Assembly (NCBI GenBank): GCA_963732365.1
Contig: CAVSZC010000005.1
Coordinates: 1,761,748 to 1,825,747 of the forward strand
Origin: an uncultured Bacteroidales bacterium
GTDB taxonomy: Bacteria; Bacteroidota; Bacteroidia; Bacteroidales; VadinHA17
Direction of reading: 5' to 3'
Length of the DNA stretch: 64,000 nucleotides
The translations under genes and the position numbers were made by a program. Of this stretch, positions 35,686 to 45,615 are shown piece by piece. How positions within the stretch are numbered: the stretch's first letter is position 1; each line of letters begins with the position of its first letter. The notes under the pieces are model-generated. The model did no database searches. It saw only the letters and a program-made list of their open reading frames with translations, and was not told the origin of the DNA.

Positions 35686-37950
35686 TCATTCCTCCATGAA
35701 TTCCTCAACTCTCTTCACGCTGGCAATGCCTTTGACATTGGAGAGCTGCATGATAAGGTTATTGAGGTCACGGGTGTGATGTACGTAAAGATCAATAGTC
35801 CCCTCGAATATCCCATTATAGACTGATACATTTATGTTCCGGATATTGACATTAAGCTCCTTCGAGATAATGTTTGTCACTTCATTGATCAGGCCCAGTC
35901 TGTCAATGCCGTTTATACTTATCCTTGCCAGGAACGATACAAGTTTGTGGATGGTCCATCTTACCTGTATGATCCTGTTGCCTTCGCTGGCCAGCAGCTT
36001 GACTGCTACGGGGCATTTGGGCTTATGGACCACAATGGAGTTGTCAGGAGCCATGTAACCCACCACCTCATCTCCGGGGATGGGATTACAGCAGCTCGCG
36101 ATGAGATATGAGTTACCGGTGTTGTTCACATTCTCCCTGAGCAGGTAAGGGTGGTTCTTGTCAATCGGGGCAGCTGCCCCCTTTTTGTCTTTATCAGGTT
36201 CCTGACGCCTGCTCACGCCTCCCACAGCAAGCTTCCAGAATTTGTTAAAGCTGCTTTCAGGTGCCTTTTTCAGGACCTTGCGCAGCTCCTCGAGATTAAT
36301 GACACCGAGGGCTATCCTTGAATAAAGCTCCTCCTTATTGAGAAGTTCATAATTTTCGAGCAGGTTCTTTATAATCTCGGAGTTGGGAAGTATGCCCAGT
36401 TCACTTAGTTTCTGCTCAAGCATCTCAATCCCTTTCTGAATGCGGTCTTTCGATTCGTCCCTGAGTGCTCCCTTTATAGCTCCCTTGGCCTTGGCAGTAT
36501 GCGCATATTCAAGCCATTCCTTCTCCGGTTTCGCAATGCTGGATGTTATGATCTCAACCTGGTCACCGCTCTGCAGTGTTACCGAGAGTGGAGAAAGCTT
36601 ATAATTCACTTTTGCCCCGATGGCCCTGTTACCGACATCAGTGTGTATCTCGTAGGCGAAATCTAGAGCCGAGGCTCCTTTTGGAAGATTGACAAGGAGC
36701 CCTTTGGGAGTGAACACCATTATCTCGGAAGAGAAGAGGCTCATTTTGAAGTCGTCGAGGAAAGCAATCGGGTCAGACATGGGGTTGGACAGCATCTCAC
36801 GGATATACTTCAGCCACTTGTCCAGTTCCGATTCAGTCTGGGCAGTGTCGCCTTTATATTTCCAGTGTGCGGCAAACCCCCTTTCGGCAATATCGTCCAT
36901 CCGCTGGCTGCGTATCTGTACCTCAACCCAGCGCCCCTCAGGGCCCATTACGGTAAGGTGAAGCGCCTCATAACCATTTGACTTTGGCCGGCTTACCCAG
37001 TCGCGCAGCCTGTCAGGCTTGGGAGTGTAAATGTCAGTGATGAGTGAATATATCTGCCAGCACTGCGCTCTTTCACTCATCTCAGGTCCGGGTTCAAAGA
37101 CAATACGTACGGCAAGAAGGTCATACACCTCCTCAAAGGGGACATTCTTTGCCTGCATTTTCTTCCAGATCGAATAGATAGACTTGAATCTCCCGGAGAT
37201 GTCAAAGATTATGTTGTTGTCATTGAGCCTGTCTATTATAGGGAGGCTGAACCTGTTGATAAGAGCCAGGTTCTTCTTTTCATCCAGCTTGACTTTACGG
37301 GCAATCTCATCGAAGATGCGGGGATGCCTGAATTTGAAACTGAGGTCTTCGAGCTCTGTCTTTATGGCGAACAGTCCCAGACGGTGTGCGAGGGGGGCAT
37401 AGAGATAAATCGTTTCACCGGCTACCTTCATCCTCTTGTGTTCGGGCATTGAGTCAAGAGTTCTCATGTTATGCAGCCTGTCTGCTATCTTAATGATAAT
37501 GACCCTGATATCATCTGACAGGGTCATCAGCATCTTCCGGAAATTCTCAGCCTGAAGGGAGTTGGTCTCTTTATTATATGTGCCTGAGATCTTTGTGAGT
37601 CCGTCAATGAGAGATGAGATCTTGGGCCCGAACTCCCTGGTGATATCATCAAGGGTTATTTCGGTATCTTCTACAACGTCATGCAGCAGTGCTGCTGCAA
37701 CTGATTTGGCGCCCAGTCCTATCTCCTGATTGACAATACGTGCAACATTTATCGGGTGTATTATGTAAGGCTCGCCAGAGTTACGGCGCATGTCACGGTG
37801 AGCCTCGTTGGCAAACAGGAAGGCTTTCTCAATCAGCTCCTTCTCTCCCTGTTTATCACACCTGTATAAATTGTCCTTCAGCAGCTTAAACTCAGCTTCA
37901 ATGCGACTGACATCCTCTGCAGTAAATATGTTCGTCTTCTTTTTGCCCAT
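35686..37950 (-). CDS. Bifunctional (p)ppGpp synthetase/hydrolase, RelA/SpoT family
   Basis: The HD hydrolase region is GEPYIIHPINVARIV...AALLHDVVEDT. The synthetase region is RFKSIYSIWKKM...DLLAVRIV...YEALHLTV, and the TGS and ACT regions follow. Confidence 0.92.
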   Translation of the reverse strand: MGKKKTNIFTAEDVSRIEAEFKLLKDNLYRCDKQGEKELIEKAFLFANEAHRDMRRNSGEPYIIHPINVARIVNQEIGLGAKSVAAALLHDVVEDTEITLDDITREFGPKISSLIDGLTKISGTYNKETNSLQAENFRKMLMTLSDDIRVIIIKIADRLHNMRTLDSMPEHKRMKVAGETIYLYAPLAHRLGLFAIKTELEDLSFKFRHPRIFDEIARKVKLDEKKNLALINRFSLPIIDRLNDNNIIFDISGRFKSIYSIWKKMQAKNVPFEEVYDLLAVRIVFEPGPEMSERAQCWQIYSLITDIYTPKPDRLRDWVSRPKSNGYEALHLTVMGPEGRWVEVQIRSQRMDDIAERGFAAHWKYKGDTAQTESELDKWLKYIREMLSNPMSDPIAFLDDFKMSLFSSEIMVFTPKGLLVNLPKGASALDFAYEIHTDVGNRAIGAKVNYKLSPLSVTLQSGDQVEIITSSIAKPEKEWLEYAHTAKAKGAIKGALRDESKDRIQKGIEMLEQKLSELGILPNSEIIKNLLENYELLNKEELYSRIALGVINLEELRKVLKKAPESSFNKFWKLAVGGVSRRQEPDKDKKGAAAPIDKNHPYLLRENVNNTGNSYLIASCCNPIPGDEVVGYMAPDNSIVVHKPKCPVAVKLLASEGNRIIQVRWTIHKLVSFLARISINGIDRLGLINEVTNIISKELNVNIRNINVSVYNGIFEGTIDLYVHHTRDLNNLIMQLSNVKGIASVKRVEEFMEE

Positions 37951-38013
37951 CAGTCCATGAAAGAAAATGGAAAGTCAAAGATACAAAAACTGGGCTTTAT
38001 TTCAGCTCGCAGT

Positions 38014-39477
38014 TCAGGGAAGGATGGTGACGGTTCCTGTCCTGGTCTCAGCTCTGCCGGAAGGGGTGGTTACGCGCAGGCTCCAGAGGTAAACGCCGGG
38101 AGGCATAGGTTTGTCATTATGACGGCCATCCCATCCTTCACCATGGCTGGTAGTACGAAAGAGAATAACGCCGGTGCGGCTTAAGATACTGAATTCGTAT
38201 TCAGTAGGAATAAATGTCAGAACGGGGGTAAAAACGTCATTGATACCGTTATCATCCGGGGTAAAGGCATTTGCCATGAAGATGTTTTCGATGGCAGAGA
38301 CCAGGGTCACTGATGAGCGGCACGCAGCATCGCCTGCAGATGCCCCCTGATCGATAGCTGTAACAACATAAGCGATATCCGGCGCCGAAACATATGTGGC
38401 GAAAGCAGCATAATCATCAGTCCACGTCGTATCAGTGACAGGACCTGCCACCTCCGTCCATCCTGCCCCGATATCACGCCAGACAGTAAAATATGCACCG
38501 CGCTGAGGAAACGGATTATTCCATTTGAGATCGATTCGTGTACCGCTGGTGGCGGATGAAAGAACCATATTTCTGACGGGAGATGATGGTGTTACTGCCC
38601 TTCCGCAATTGTTAAGTGCAGAGATACGGTAGAGATTGATACTGGCTGTGTCTGTCCCTGCATTATTTAATGTTACATTGCCGTCAATACCTTCAGCTGT
38701 GGCTGATATCATCCATGCAGATGTGCTCCGATTGAATATCTCGGCGATAAAGGTATCGATGTCAGTATCATTGTCATAAATCCCGGTCACATTGACAACC
38801 TGCCGCTGAACATATACTGTCTCTGTTATTATCCAGTCGGGCGGGATTTCACTCCCCGACTTGAAGCATTGCCTGTTAGATGATGACAGGCCTGCATTGT
38901 TTGCTGTGGCCCTGATGTAAAAGCAGTATCCGGTTGCCGGGGCATAACCGCTGAATGAATATGAGGTCTGTGACAGGGGAAGGGTTTCAATCAATGCGGC
39001 AGGGGCACCGGCGGCACTCATCCAGAGTTCGTATCCGTCAGCCGGATATGCAGAGTTGGAATACTCTGTCCATGAAAGAACCACGCGGAAGTTACATGAA
39101 TCGTTATCCAACGATACATAAATGGTACTAAGACTGTTGCTCAGCGGACTTATGTTACGCGACGAATCAATAGCTGCCACAACATATGTAACACTCATAT
39201 ACCTGGCAGCTGAACCTGTATGAACATATTCGGTGATATACGGAGACCTGATGGTATCTACAGCAAAGGCAATACTGTTGGTGAAGGTATACACAACATA
39301 GCTGCCGACATCTGATGATGCCGACGGCAGCCACCTTAAGGTTGTAAATCCTGTAGCAGGGCTTACAGTTACATTTTCAAGCCGGGGTGCAATGGGTTGA
39401 GTATCATCCTGCCCCCTCAAAGCAAGTGACAGGAAAAGATGCAGAAGTAACAGTGTTATGTATCTGAATCGGGTCAT
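38014..39477 (-). CDS. T9SS type-B (CHU_C) sorting-domain protein with Fn3-like repeats
   Basis: There is a signal peptide. The C-terminus FTPDDNGINDVFTPV...FSILSRTGVILFRT...WDGRHNDKPMPPGVYLWSLRV...GTVTILP matches the gliding-motility-associated C-terminal domain. It overlaps the upstream M16 gene by 4 nt. Confidence 0.7.
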   Translation of the reverse strand: MTRFRYITLLLLHLFLSLALRGQDDTQPIAPRLENVTVSPATGFTTLRWLPSASSDVGSYVVYTFTNSIAFAVDTIRSPYITEYVHTGSAARYMSVTYVVAAIDSSRNISPLSNSLSTIYVSLDNDSCNFRVVLSWTEYSNSAYPADGYELWMSAAGAPAALIETLPLSQTSYSFSGYAPATGYCFYIRATANNAGLSSSNRQCFKSGSEIPPDWIITETVYVQRQVVNVTGIYDNDTDIDTFIAEIFNRSTSAWMISATAEGIDGNVTLNNAGTDTASINLYRISALNNCGRAVTPSSPVRNMVLSSATSGTRIDLKWNNPFPQRGAYFTVWRDIGAGWTEVAGPVTDTTWTDDYAAFATYVSAPDIAYVVTAIDQGASAGDAACRSSVTLVSAIENIFMANAFTPDDNGINDVFTPVLTFIPTEYEFSILSRTGVILFRTTSHGEGWDGRHNDKPMPPGVYLWSLRVTTPSGRAETRTGTVTILP

Positions 39478-40754
39478 TTTGCTCCTGCAATGACTTCGAT
39501 AGCTTCATCCGGATTAAAATAGGTATTAAAGAGCTCCATTATTCTTTCCGGCGTGATTGTTTCAATTGTACTGATTAATCTGGAATAGTAATCATGATCA
39601 GTGTCATAGTCGATTAAGCCTCTTACGGCTTCGGCAGATGAAAACGGCCCGTCAAACATACGGGCAATCTCCCCCATGAAGTGGTTTCTGACTGTCTGCA
39701 GCTCATCAGTGCTGACAGGGTTTCTTCTCAGTTCGGCTATCTCCTTGCGGATCTCCTTCAGAGTCTCCTCGCGGTATTCGTTGGCAACTTCGGTCATGAT
39801 AACGATGAAGCCTATTCCGTGAAAAGCCCCCGTCACCGAATGAATGCCGTATGTGTAGCCTTTTTCTTCCCTGATGTTTCGCATCAGCCTTGACCCGAAG
39901 TAGCCTCCGAGTATCATATTTGCCACCTGGAGACCGTGATAGTCATGGTGGTCACGTGTTATCCCTTTCCATCCCATCCTGACCGCGCTCTGCACTGATC
40001 CGTTCACTTCGGCAAATATCCTTCCCGGGGGAGAGGTCTCAAATGCCAGCTGTGGTATCTCCGCTTTATGCCATTGGCAGGAGCCGGAAAAGAATTTGCT
40101 GAGTACCGGCAGAGCACTCTCAGGTTCTCTGCCTGAGACGGTTATATACATGTTTTCAGGTCTGTAGAAGCGGGAATGGAAATCTCGCGTGACTGCAGAT
40201 GTCAGGGCATCGAAGTCTTCGAGCCTGGTAATTCTTCCGTAGGGATTGTCCTTGCCGCACAGCGCCATGTAGAATTGTTCCCTTCCGATTACGGATGTCT
40301 TCTGCCTGCCCGTAAGAAATGCCTGTATCTTTTTTTCTTTCAGCATCCTGAGCTCATTCTCAGGGAAGGATGGATGAAAAAGGACCTCTCGGGAAAGCTC
40401 CATGACCTCCTCAAGTTTGCGTGAAAGGGTTATCACCACGAGGCTCGCGGTATCCTTTTCTGCCGTATGGTTGAAGACTGAGCCGGTGCTGTCGATGAGA
40501 TCATTCAGGGTAATCGCATCATGTGAGACTGTACCCTCAGTGAGCATTGCGTTGGCTACTGACGCTGCCATATGGGTCTCCTCCATTAGCTGGCCTGCGT
40601 TGAGAACAAATTCTATCCTGATAAGATCAACGGTTCCTCCACTCAGGAGATAGACCGGTACTCCGTTACCAAGCCTCACGACATCGGGAAATGATATTTT
40701 CCCGGCAGAAGGGGTGATTATCCGGGGCGGTTCCATTTTTCTTCTACTCTTCAT
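39474..40754 (-). CDS. M16-family peptidase-like protein lacking the HxxEH motif (non-catalytic partner)
   Basis: The length and domain pattern are pitrilysin-like, but I saw no HxxEH motif. It overlaps the upstream M16 gene. Confidence 0.7.
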   Translation of the reverse strand: MKSRRKMEPPRIITPSAGKISFPDVVRLGNGVPVYLLSGGTVDLIRIEFVLNAGQLMEETHMAASVANAMLTEGTVSHDAITLNDLIDSTGSVFNHTAEKDTASLVVITLSRKLEEVMELSREVLFHPSFPENELRMLKEKKIQAFLTGRQKTSVIGREQFYMALCGKDNPYGRITRLEDFDALTSAVTRDFHSRFYRPENMYITVSGREPESALPVLSKFFSGSCQWHKAEIPQLAFETSPPGRIFAEVNGSVQSAVRMGWKGITRDHHDYHGLQVANMILGGYFGSRLMRNIREEKGYTYGIHSVTGAFHGIGFIVIMTEVANEYREETLKEIRKEIAELRRNPVSTDELQTVRNHFMGEIARMFDGPFSSAEAVRGLIDYDTDHDYYSRLISTIETITPERIMELFNTYFNPDEAIEVIAGAK

Positions 40755-41997
40755 GGCTTTCAGGGAGATAATGGATTACACTGCAGTTTCCGGGTCTGAA
40801 TGTTGTGGCAGAGCATTCTGTGATCTCAGCGGCTGTGACACTCATATATCTTTCGATCTCAGTATTTATGCCATTCGCGTCACCGAGAAGTTCCTGAAAG
40901 GCAATATTGAATGCTTTATTGCCGGCGCTGACGTAAGACATCAGTCTTGATGCCTCATACCTGTTACGGGCTTTGTCAAGCTCCGCAGCTGTCACGTGCC
41001 GGGCACTTATTTTGTCAAGCTCATCCCGGACTGCTTCCTCTGCCTTTGCTATATCTGCTCCATTTCTTAATCTTCCGCTGAAGATGACCAGGCCGGGATC
41101 AATCTCACCGGAGAGGTAAATGTCCGCCTCACTGAAGAGCTCCTTTTTTCTTACGAGAATCTCCGGGAAACGGCCGGAGTCACACCCTGAAAGTATATCT
41201 GTAAGAAGATCAAGGACATAGAATGCACGACTTTCTCTTTTTTCAGTGTGAAATGCCATAACCAGGTGGGCCGCCGGCACCTTGCGACGAGCCGTGACCT
41301 CGCGTCGTTCAGTCTGCGGAGGCTCCTGAGGAAGGTTACGGATTATGCACCTGCCCGGGGCGATGTCACCGAACCATTTCTCTGCCATGCTGAAGACCTG
41401 GTCAGGATGAACGTTGCCTGCCACGCACAGGATGGCGTTTGACGGATTATAATGTCTGTGATAAAACTCTTTTACCCTCCTGCTGTCGGCCTTTTCTATG
41501 TGGCTTATGTCCTTGCCTATGGCAGGCCACATATAAGGGTGCCTCCTGAATGCAAGCGGCCTCAGTAAGAGCATCAGGTCTCCGTATGGCTGATTAAGGT
41601 AACGCTGCCTGTACTCCTCCGTGACAACACTTTTCTGTATCCTCAGTCTCGATTCTGAGAGATCCAGTCCCTCCATCCTGTCAGCCTCCAGCCAGATAGC
41701 CGTCTCCAGGTTATTGGCAGGCAGGGTTATAAAATAGTTGGTAATGTCATTATTTGTAAAGGCGTTATTCTCACCACCCGCAATCATAACTGGGGTATCA
41801 AACGCCGGGACGCCATCCGTCCCTCCGAACATCAGATGCTCAAAAAGATGAGCAAATCCTGTCGCCTCGGGGTCTTCATCCCTTGAACCAACGTCATACA
41901 GCAGATCAGTGGTGACCATTGGTGTGCTGGCGTCATGATGGGCAATAACCCTGAGCCCGTTCGGGAGAGTATGTCTTTTAAATTCAATCATAAGCAT
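40744..41997 (-). CDS. M16-family zinc peptidase (insulinase-like, catalytic)
   Basis: LPNGLRVIAHHD and the zinc motif GFAHLFEHLMFGG (HxxEH) support the call. Confidence 0.85.
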   Translation of the reverse strand: MLMIEFKRHTLPNGLRVIAHHDASTPMVTTDLLYDVGSRDEDPEATGFAHLFEHLMFGGTDGVPAFDTPVMIAGGENNAFTNNDITNYFITLPANNLETAIWLEADRMEGLDLSESRLRIQKSVVTEEYRQRYLNQPYGDLMLLLRPLAFRRHPYMWPAIGKDISHIEKADSRRVKEFYHRHYNPSNAILCVAGNVHPDQVFSMAEKWFGDIAPGRCIIRNLPQEPPQTERREVTARRKVPAAHLVMAFHTEKRESRAFYVLDLLTDILSGCDSGRFPEILVRKKELFSEADIYLSGEIDPGLVIFSGRLRNGADIAKAEEAVRDELDKISARHVTAAELDKARNRYEASRLMSYVSAGNKAFNIAFQELLGDANGINTEIERYMSVTAAEITECSATTFRPGNCSVIHYLPESHEE

Positions 41998-42149
41998 TTA
42001 CAGACAGCTGGCCTGATTGTTTGCCATAAAGGTACCGCTAAAAATTCACAGCATAAAATCCCCCAAACTTACCAAAATAAATATCTGCTCCTCAATTTAT
42101 TCTATATTTGTCAGGGTGATCGTCCGGATTACACATAAGCAGAGTCATT

Positions 42150-43922
42150 TTGAACAGATCAGTTATATTGAAGATCAGGCAGCTGGGATCTTTTTTTTCA
42201 GACCAGCAAACACTGCTCTACCTTTTGAGTTTTGTGGTCGGGATAACAAGTGCCATGGCAGCGGTTATAATGAAGAATGCCATTCATTATACACATGTGC
42301 TGTTCACTCAGGGCATCATGGCAGGCGGAGGAGGCATCCTCTCGCTGGCTTATCCGCTGGCGGGCATCTTCCTGACGGTATTATTCGTAAGATACATTGT
42401 TCGTGATAATATTTCCCACGGGGTTAGCAGGGTGCTTTTTGCCATTTCACGGCGCAAGAGTTACCTGAAAAGGCATAACAACTGGACATCGATCGTTGCC
42501 AGCTCACTGACAATAGGTTTCGGAGGCTCGGTTGGGGCTGAGGCGCCGATTGCACTGACAGGTGCGTCCATCGGCTCATCCATCGGGAGGTACTTTAACC
42601 TGAACTATAAGAATATCACACTGTTGCTGGGCTGCGGTGCGGCAGGGGCGATAGCAGGCATTTTCAAGGCACCGATAGGAGGCATCCTGTTTACTCTCGA
42701 GGTACTGATGCTTGACCTTACCATGTCTTCCATAGTGCCATTGCTGATATCATCTGTCACGGCAGCGACAGTAGCATATTTTTTCATGGGCAGTGACGTC
42801 CTTTTCTCCTTCCAGGTAAGGGAAGGATTCCTTCTGAGAAACCTGCCCTACTATCTTATCCTCGGGGTGTTCTCAGGATTGGTGGCATTCTATTTCACGA
42901 GGGCTACCATCGGCATCGAGAAGCTCTACCGGAAGATCCGGAACAATTATGTCAGGATGCTGGCCGGCGGTACTATTTTGGGAATACTGATCTATATATT
43001 TCCTGCTCTGTACGGAGAAGGCTACGGGACTATCATGTCTCTGCTGAAGGCTGATCCGGGCGCTGCAACAGGCGTCAGCCTTTTCGGTGACGTTGCGTCC
43101 GGATTCTGGATCTTTATGCTCTTTCTTGCCTCCCTTATAATATTTAAAGTTGTGGCCACCGCTTCCACCAACGGTGCCGGAGGTGTCGGAGGGATTGTCG
43201 CACCAACGCTCTTTACGGGGGGGGTAGCCGGTTACCTGTTCAGCAATTTGTTAAATCATATCTTCGGCCTCTCACTGCCTGACAGCAGCTTCACCCTTGC
43301 AGGCATGGCGGGGGTGTTCGCAGCGGTGCTGCATGCACCCATGACAGCAATATTCCTTATTGCGGAGATAACAGAGGGCTACGGGCTGTTCATACCACTG
43401 ATTGTGACCTCAACGGCCGGCTTTATTACAATAAGAGCGTTCCAGAAGCACTCCATATACCACCAGCAGCTGGCTGCCAGCGGCGAGCTGATAACTCATG
43501 ACAAGGACAAGGCTGTGATGACACTGCTCGACTGGAGCAACGAGGTAGAGAAGGATCTCCTCACCGTGAGCCCCAATGATACGCTGGGAGACCTGGTAAA
43601 ACAGATTTCAAAGTCAAACAGGAATATATTCCCCGTGGTTGATGAATTCAACATACTGGAAGGGGTGGTCCTCCTTGACGATGTACGTGACAGGATGTTC
43701 AACCATGAACTCTATGACAAGATTACCATCAAGGAGTTAATGACTATACCTCCCTCTTATATCGACATCAGGGAGAGGGGGGATGTAGTGCTTGACACCT
43801 TTACCCGTACAGGGGCATGGAACCTGCCTGTGCTTGACGGCGGCCAGTATGTGGGCTTTATCTCCAAGTCAAGAATCTTCAGCGCCTACCGTGAGCTGCT
43901 GAAGCAGGTTTCTGAGGAATAG
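42150..43922 (+). CDS. ClC-family chloride channel/transporter with C-terminal CBS pair
   Basis: GFGGSVGAEAPIALTGA, GIFKAPIGGILFTLE and GGIVAPTLFTGG are ClC selectivity-region motifs. The C-terminal region is CBS-like (VSPNDTLGDLV...NIFPVVDE...LPVLDGGQYVGFIS). The track start is non-ATG (TTG), so the exact start is uncertain. Confidence 0.85.
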   Translation: MNRSVILKIRQLGSFFSDQQTLLYLLSFVVGITSAMAAVIMKNAIHYTHVLFTQGIMAGGGGILSLAYPLAGIFLTVLFVRYIVRDNISHGVSRVLFAISRRKSYLKRHNNWTSIVASSLTIGFGGSVGAEAPIALTGASIGSSIGRYFNLNYKNITLLLGCGAAGAIAGIFKAPIGGILFTLEVLMLDLTMSSIVPLLISSVTAATVAYFFMGSDVLFSFQVREGFLLRNLPYYLILGVFSGLVAFYFTRATIGIEKLYRKIRNNYVRMLAGGTILGILIYIFPALYGEGYGTIMSLLKADPGAATGVSLFGDVASGFWIFMLFLASLIIFKVVATASTNGAGGVGGIVAPTLFTGGVAGYLFSNLLNHIFGLSLPDSSFTLAGMAGVFAAVLHAPMTAIFLIAEITEGYGLFIPLIVTSTAGFITIRAFQKHSIYHQQLAASGELITHDKDKAVMTLLDWSNEVEKDLLTVSPNDTLGDLVKQISKSNRNIFPVVDEFNILEGVVLLDDVRDRMFNHELYDKITIKELMTIPPSYIDIRERGDVVLDTFTRTGAWNLPVLDGGQYVGFISKSRIFSAYRELLKQVSEE

Positions 43923-43929
43923 TAACCTG

Positions 43930-45615
43930 TCACTTGCTCAGAGCCTCCAGCATCATCTTTCGTTTTATCCGGAATGACCGGATATCTGTATCGTACCTCT
44001 GAAAATTATATACTGCAAGCCTGGCTGTCTCTGCAGCCTCTTCCGGGTATTTCTGTCCGTATTGCCTCAGGAGTTCGTAATCTGCAATGCCATCGCGCAT
44101 GGCTTCAAGGCGTATTGAAGGATAAAGTCTTCCTTCACCCGGGTAGACAATCCAACAGTCACCACCTGGAAGAATGTTACCTGACTCGGTAATTATTCCG
44201 GTTGTTTCTCCCCAGGGGTCATCACTCCATGCGTTAAGGCCCCAGTGCAGATATCCTGTTATTCCATACCTGTAGTTGACCCAGTGCAGCAGCCTTGTTT
44301 TGATCAGCGGCTGTTCAATAAACCTGTTGGCGTACTCACCCTGCGGTGCCAGACATGTATAAAACCATACTTCCTCACCGGCGTCCTGCCTCTCCTTGTA
44401 GAATTTCATATCTGTGTCGAGGTAATCCATCTGCGGTACCCATATATCAATGCTTCCTTTTAAATTACTTGCATGGCATGCCTCGATCACCTTCACCTCC
44501 GGCCATATTCCTTTAACAAATGCAGCTATTTCAACATAGGTCTTGAGGTTTGACTGAATGGGCTCGTCGGCAATATGCTGAACATATATGTCTGCCCAGT
44601 TATTTTCTTCCAGGTTCTTCTTCAATGCCGGAAGAAAGCTGTTGTAGAACTGTCTCACCCGAGGTTCGGTCACCGGGAGCTTTGCAACGGAGTCTCTCGT
44701 GACAGGCAGGTGCATCACAAAACGACTGTCCCAGTTAGTCTCTCTTGAGGCAAGATGGGTTCCCTCCAGCAACTTTATTTTTCCTGTCGCCATGAGAAGG
44801 GAAGCCATCCGGTTAAAATCGGTAAAGTCAAACCTCCATGTTCCGTCAACAATCTCGGACTTCACCAGCTGAAGTGGATTGATCCATGCCACATTCTGAC
44901 GGTATGCTGTGAACGTTCTGGCTATTGTATCAACAAGCTGCCAGTAGCGTTCACTAAGCGGCTCCACCTTCTGTCCTGAGTTCATGAGATCAAGGCGTGA
45001 GGTGAAGAACCAGTTGGTGACTTTAAGTGTGGTCTCTGTCAGATCGACGGGATATACAACCACTCTGATTGTATCTTCAAGGTTGAAGTTTTTTCTGCCA
45101 ATCTTGCCCTTTATTGATATTTTACCGGAATATGAACCTTTTTGTGCATCTGCAGGTACTCTGACTGATATCCACACAGGTTGTGTTTCATCTGCCCTGA
45201 GATCAAAGCGGTCAGCCTCCACAATTGGATCGGGATACCACCCGGATATCGGGATATACCTGTCTCTGGCAGGGTTTGGGGTAGTGCGACCTACGTGCAC
45301 ATATTTAACCAATCCGGTGTACTCGACAGGAAGTGATAGAGTCTCATTCAGAGGGTCAGTAACTTCAACAGTGACATTCGTGAGTGGAAGTGATGACCTG
45401 AGCGCAAACTGGAAAGTTGCATGTTCACCCCTGGCTGCATTTGCTGCTGCCGGGGCAGAATTGAAGAATGCAGTCTCTCTGAATATCTTTTCAAGCGGAT
45501 CGACACTGACAAAGGTGACAGTATCTTCAGTGCTGGTTCTTCCGCAACCTGCAATGATGCAGACGTTTAGCAGAAGGAGCGGGAGCGATATTCTTTTCAT
45601 ATAAACAGATTTCAT
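43930..45615 (-). CDS. DUF4091/GH123-like lipoprotein (putative glycoside hydrolase)
   Basis: The lipobox is LLNVCIIAGCG. The C-terminal region WVNYRYGITGYLHWGLNAW resembles my recollection of the DUF4091 family. It overlaps the upstream gene by 4 nt. Confidence 0.5.
   Translation of the reverse strand: MKSVYMKRISLPLLLLNVCIIAGCGRTSTEDTVTFVSVDPLEKIFRETAFFNSAPAAANAARGEHATFQFALRSSLPLTNVTVEVTDPLNETLSLPVEYTGLVKYVHVGRTTPNPARDRYIPISGWYPDPIVEADRFDLRADETQPVWISVRVPADAQKGSYSGKISIKGKIGRKNFNLEDTIRVVVYPVDLTETTLKVTNWFFTSRLDLMNSGQKVEPLSERYWQLVDTIARTFTAYRQNVAWINPLQLVKSEIVDGTWRFDFTDFNRMASLLMATGKIKLLEGTHLASRETNWDSRFVMHLPVTRDSVAKLPVTEPRVRQFYNSFLPALKKNLEENNWADIYVQHIADEPIQSNLKTYVEIAAFVKGIWPEVKVIEACHASNLKGSIDIWVPQMDYLDTDMKFYKERQDAGEEVWFYTCLAPQGEYANRFIEQPLIKTRLLHWVNYRYGITGYLHWGLNAWSDDPWGETTGIITESGNILPGGDCWIVYPGEGRLYPSIRLEAMRDGIADYELLRQYGQKYPEEAAETARLAVYNFQRYDTDIRSFRIKRKMMLEALSK

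Noticed and set aside
41998-42149. Possible fluoride (crcB-motif) riboswitch upstream of the ClC gene. The stretch GGCCTGATTGTTTGCCATAAAGGTACCGCTAA loosely resembles the GGCGAUG...GCC..AAAC...CUAAUGA consensus.
   Set aside because: I could not draw the required P2 hairpin or the pseudoknot pairing between the P1 loop and the 3' tail. The channel also carries a CBS pair and looks like a conventional ClC rather than a ClC-F. A covariance-model scan (RF01734) would settle it.
42017-42406. Track ORF 42017..42406 (+), 129 aa, upstream of and overlapping the ClC gene
   Set aside because: It is out of frame with the ClC gene and overlaps its well-supported N-terminus. It has no motifs and spans promoter-like AT-rich sequence.
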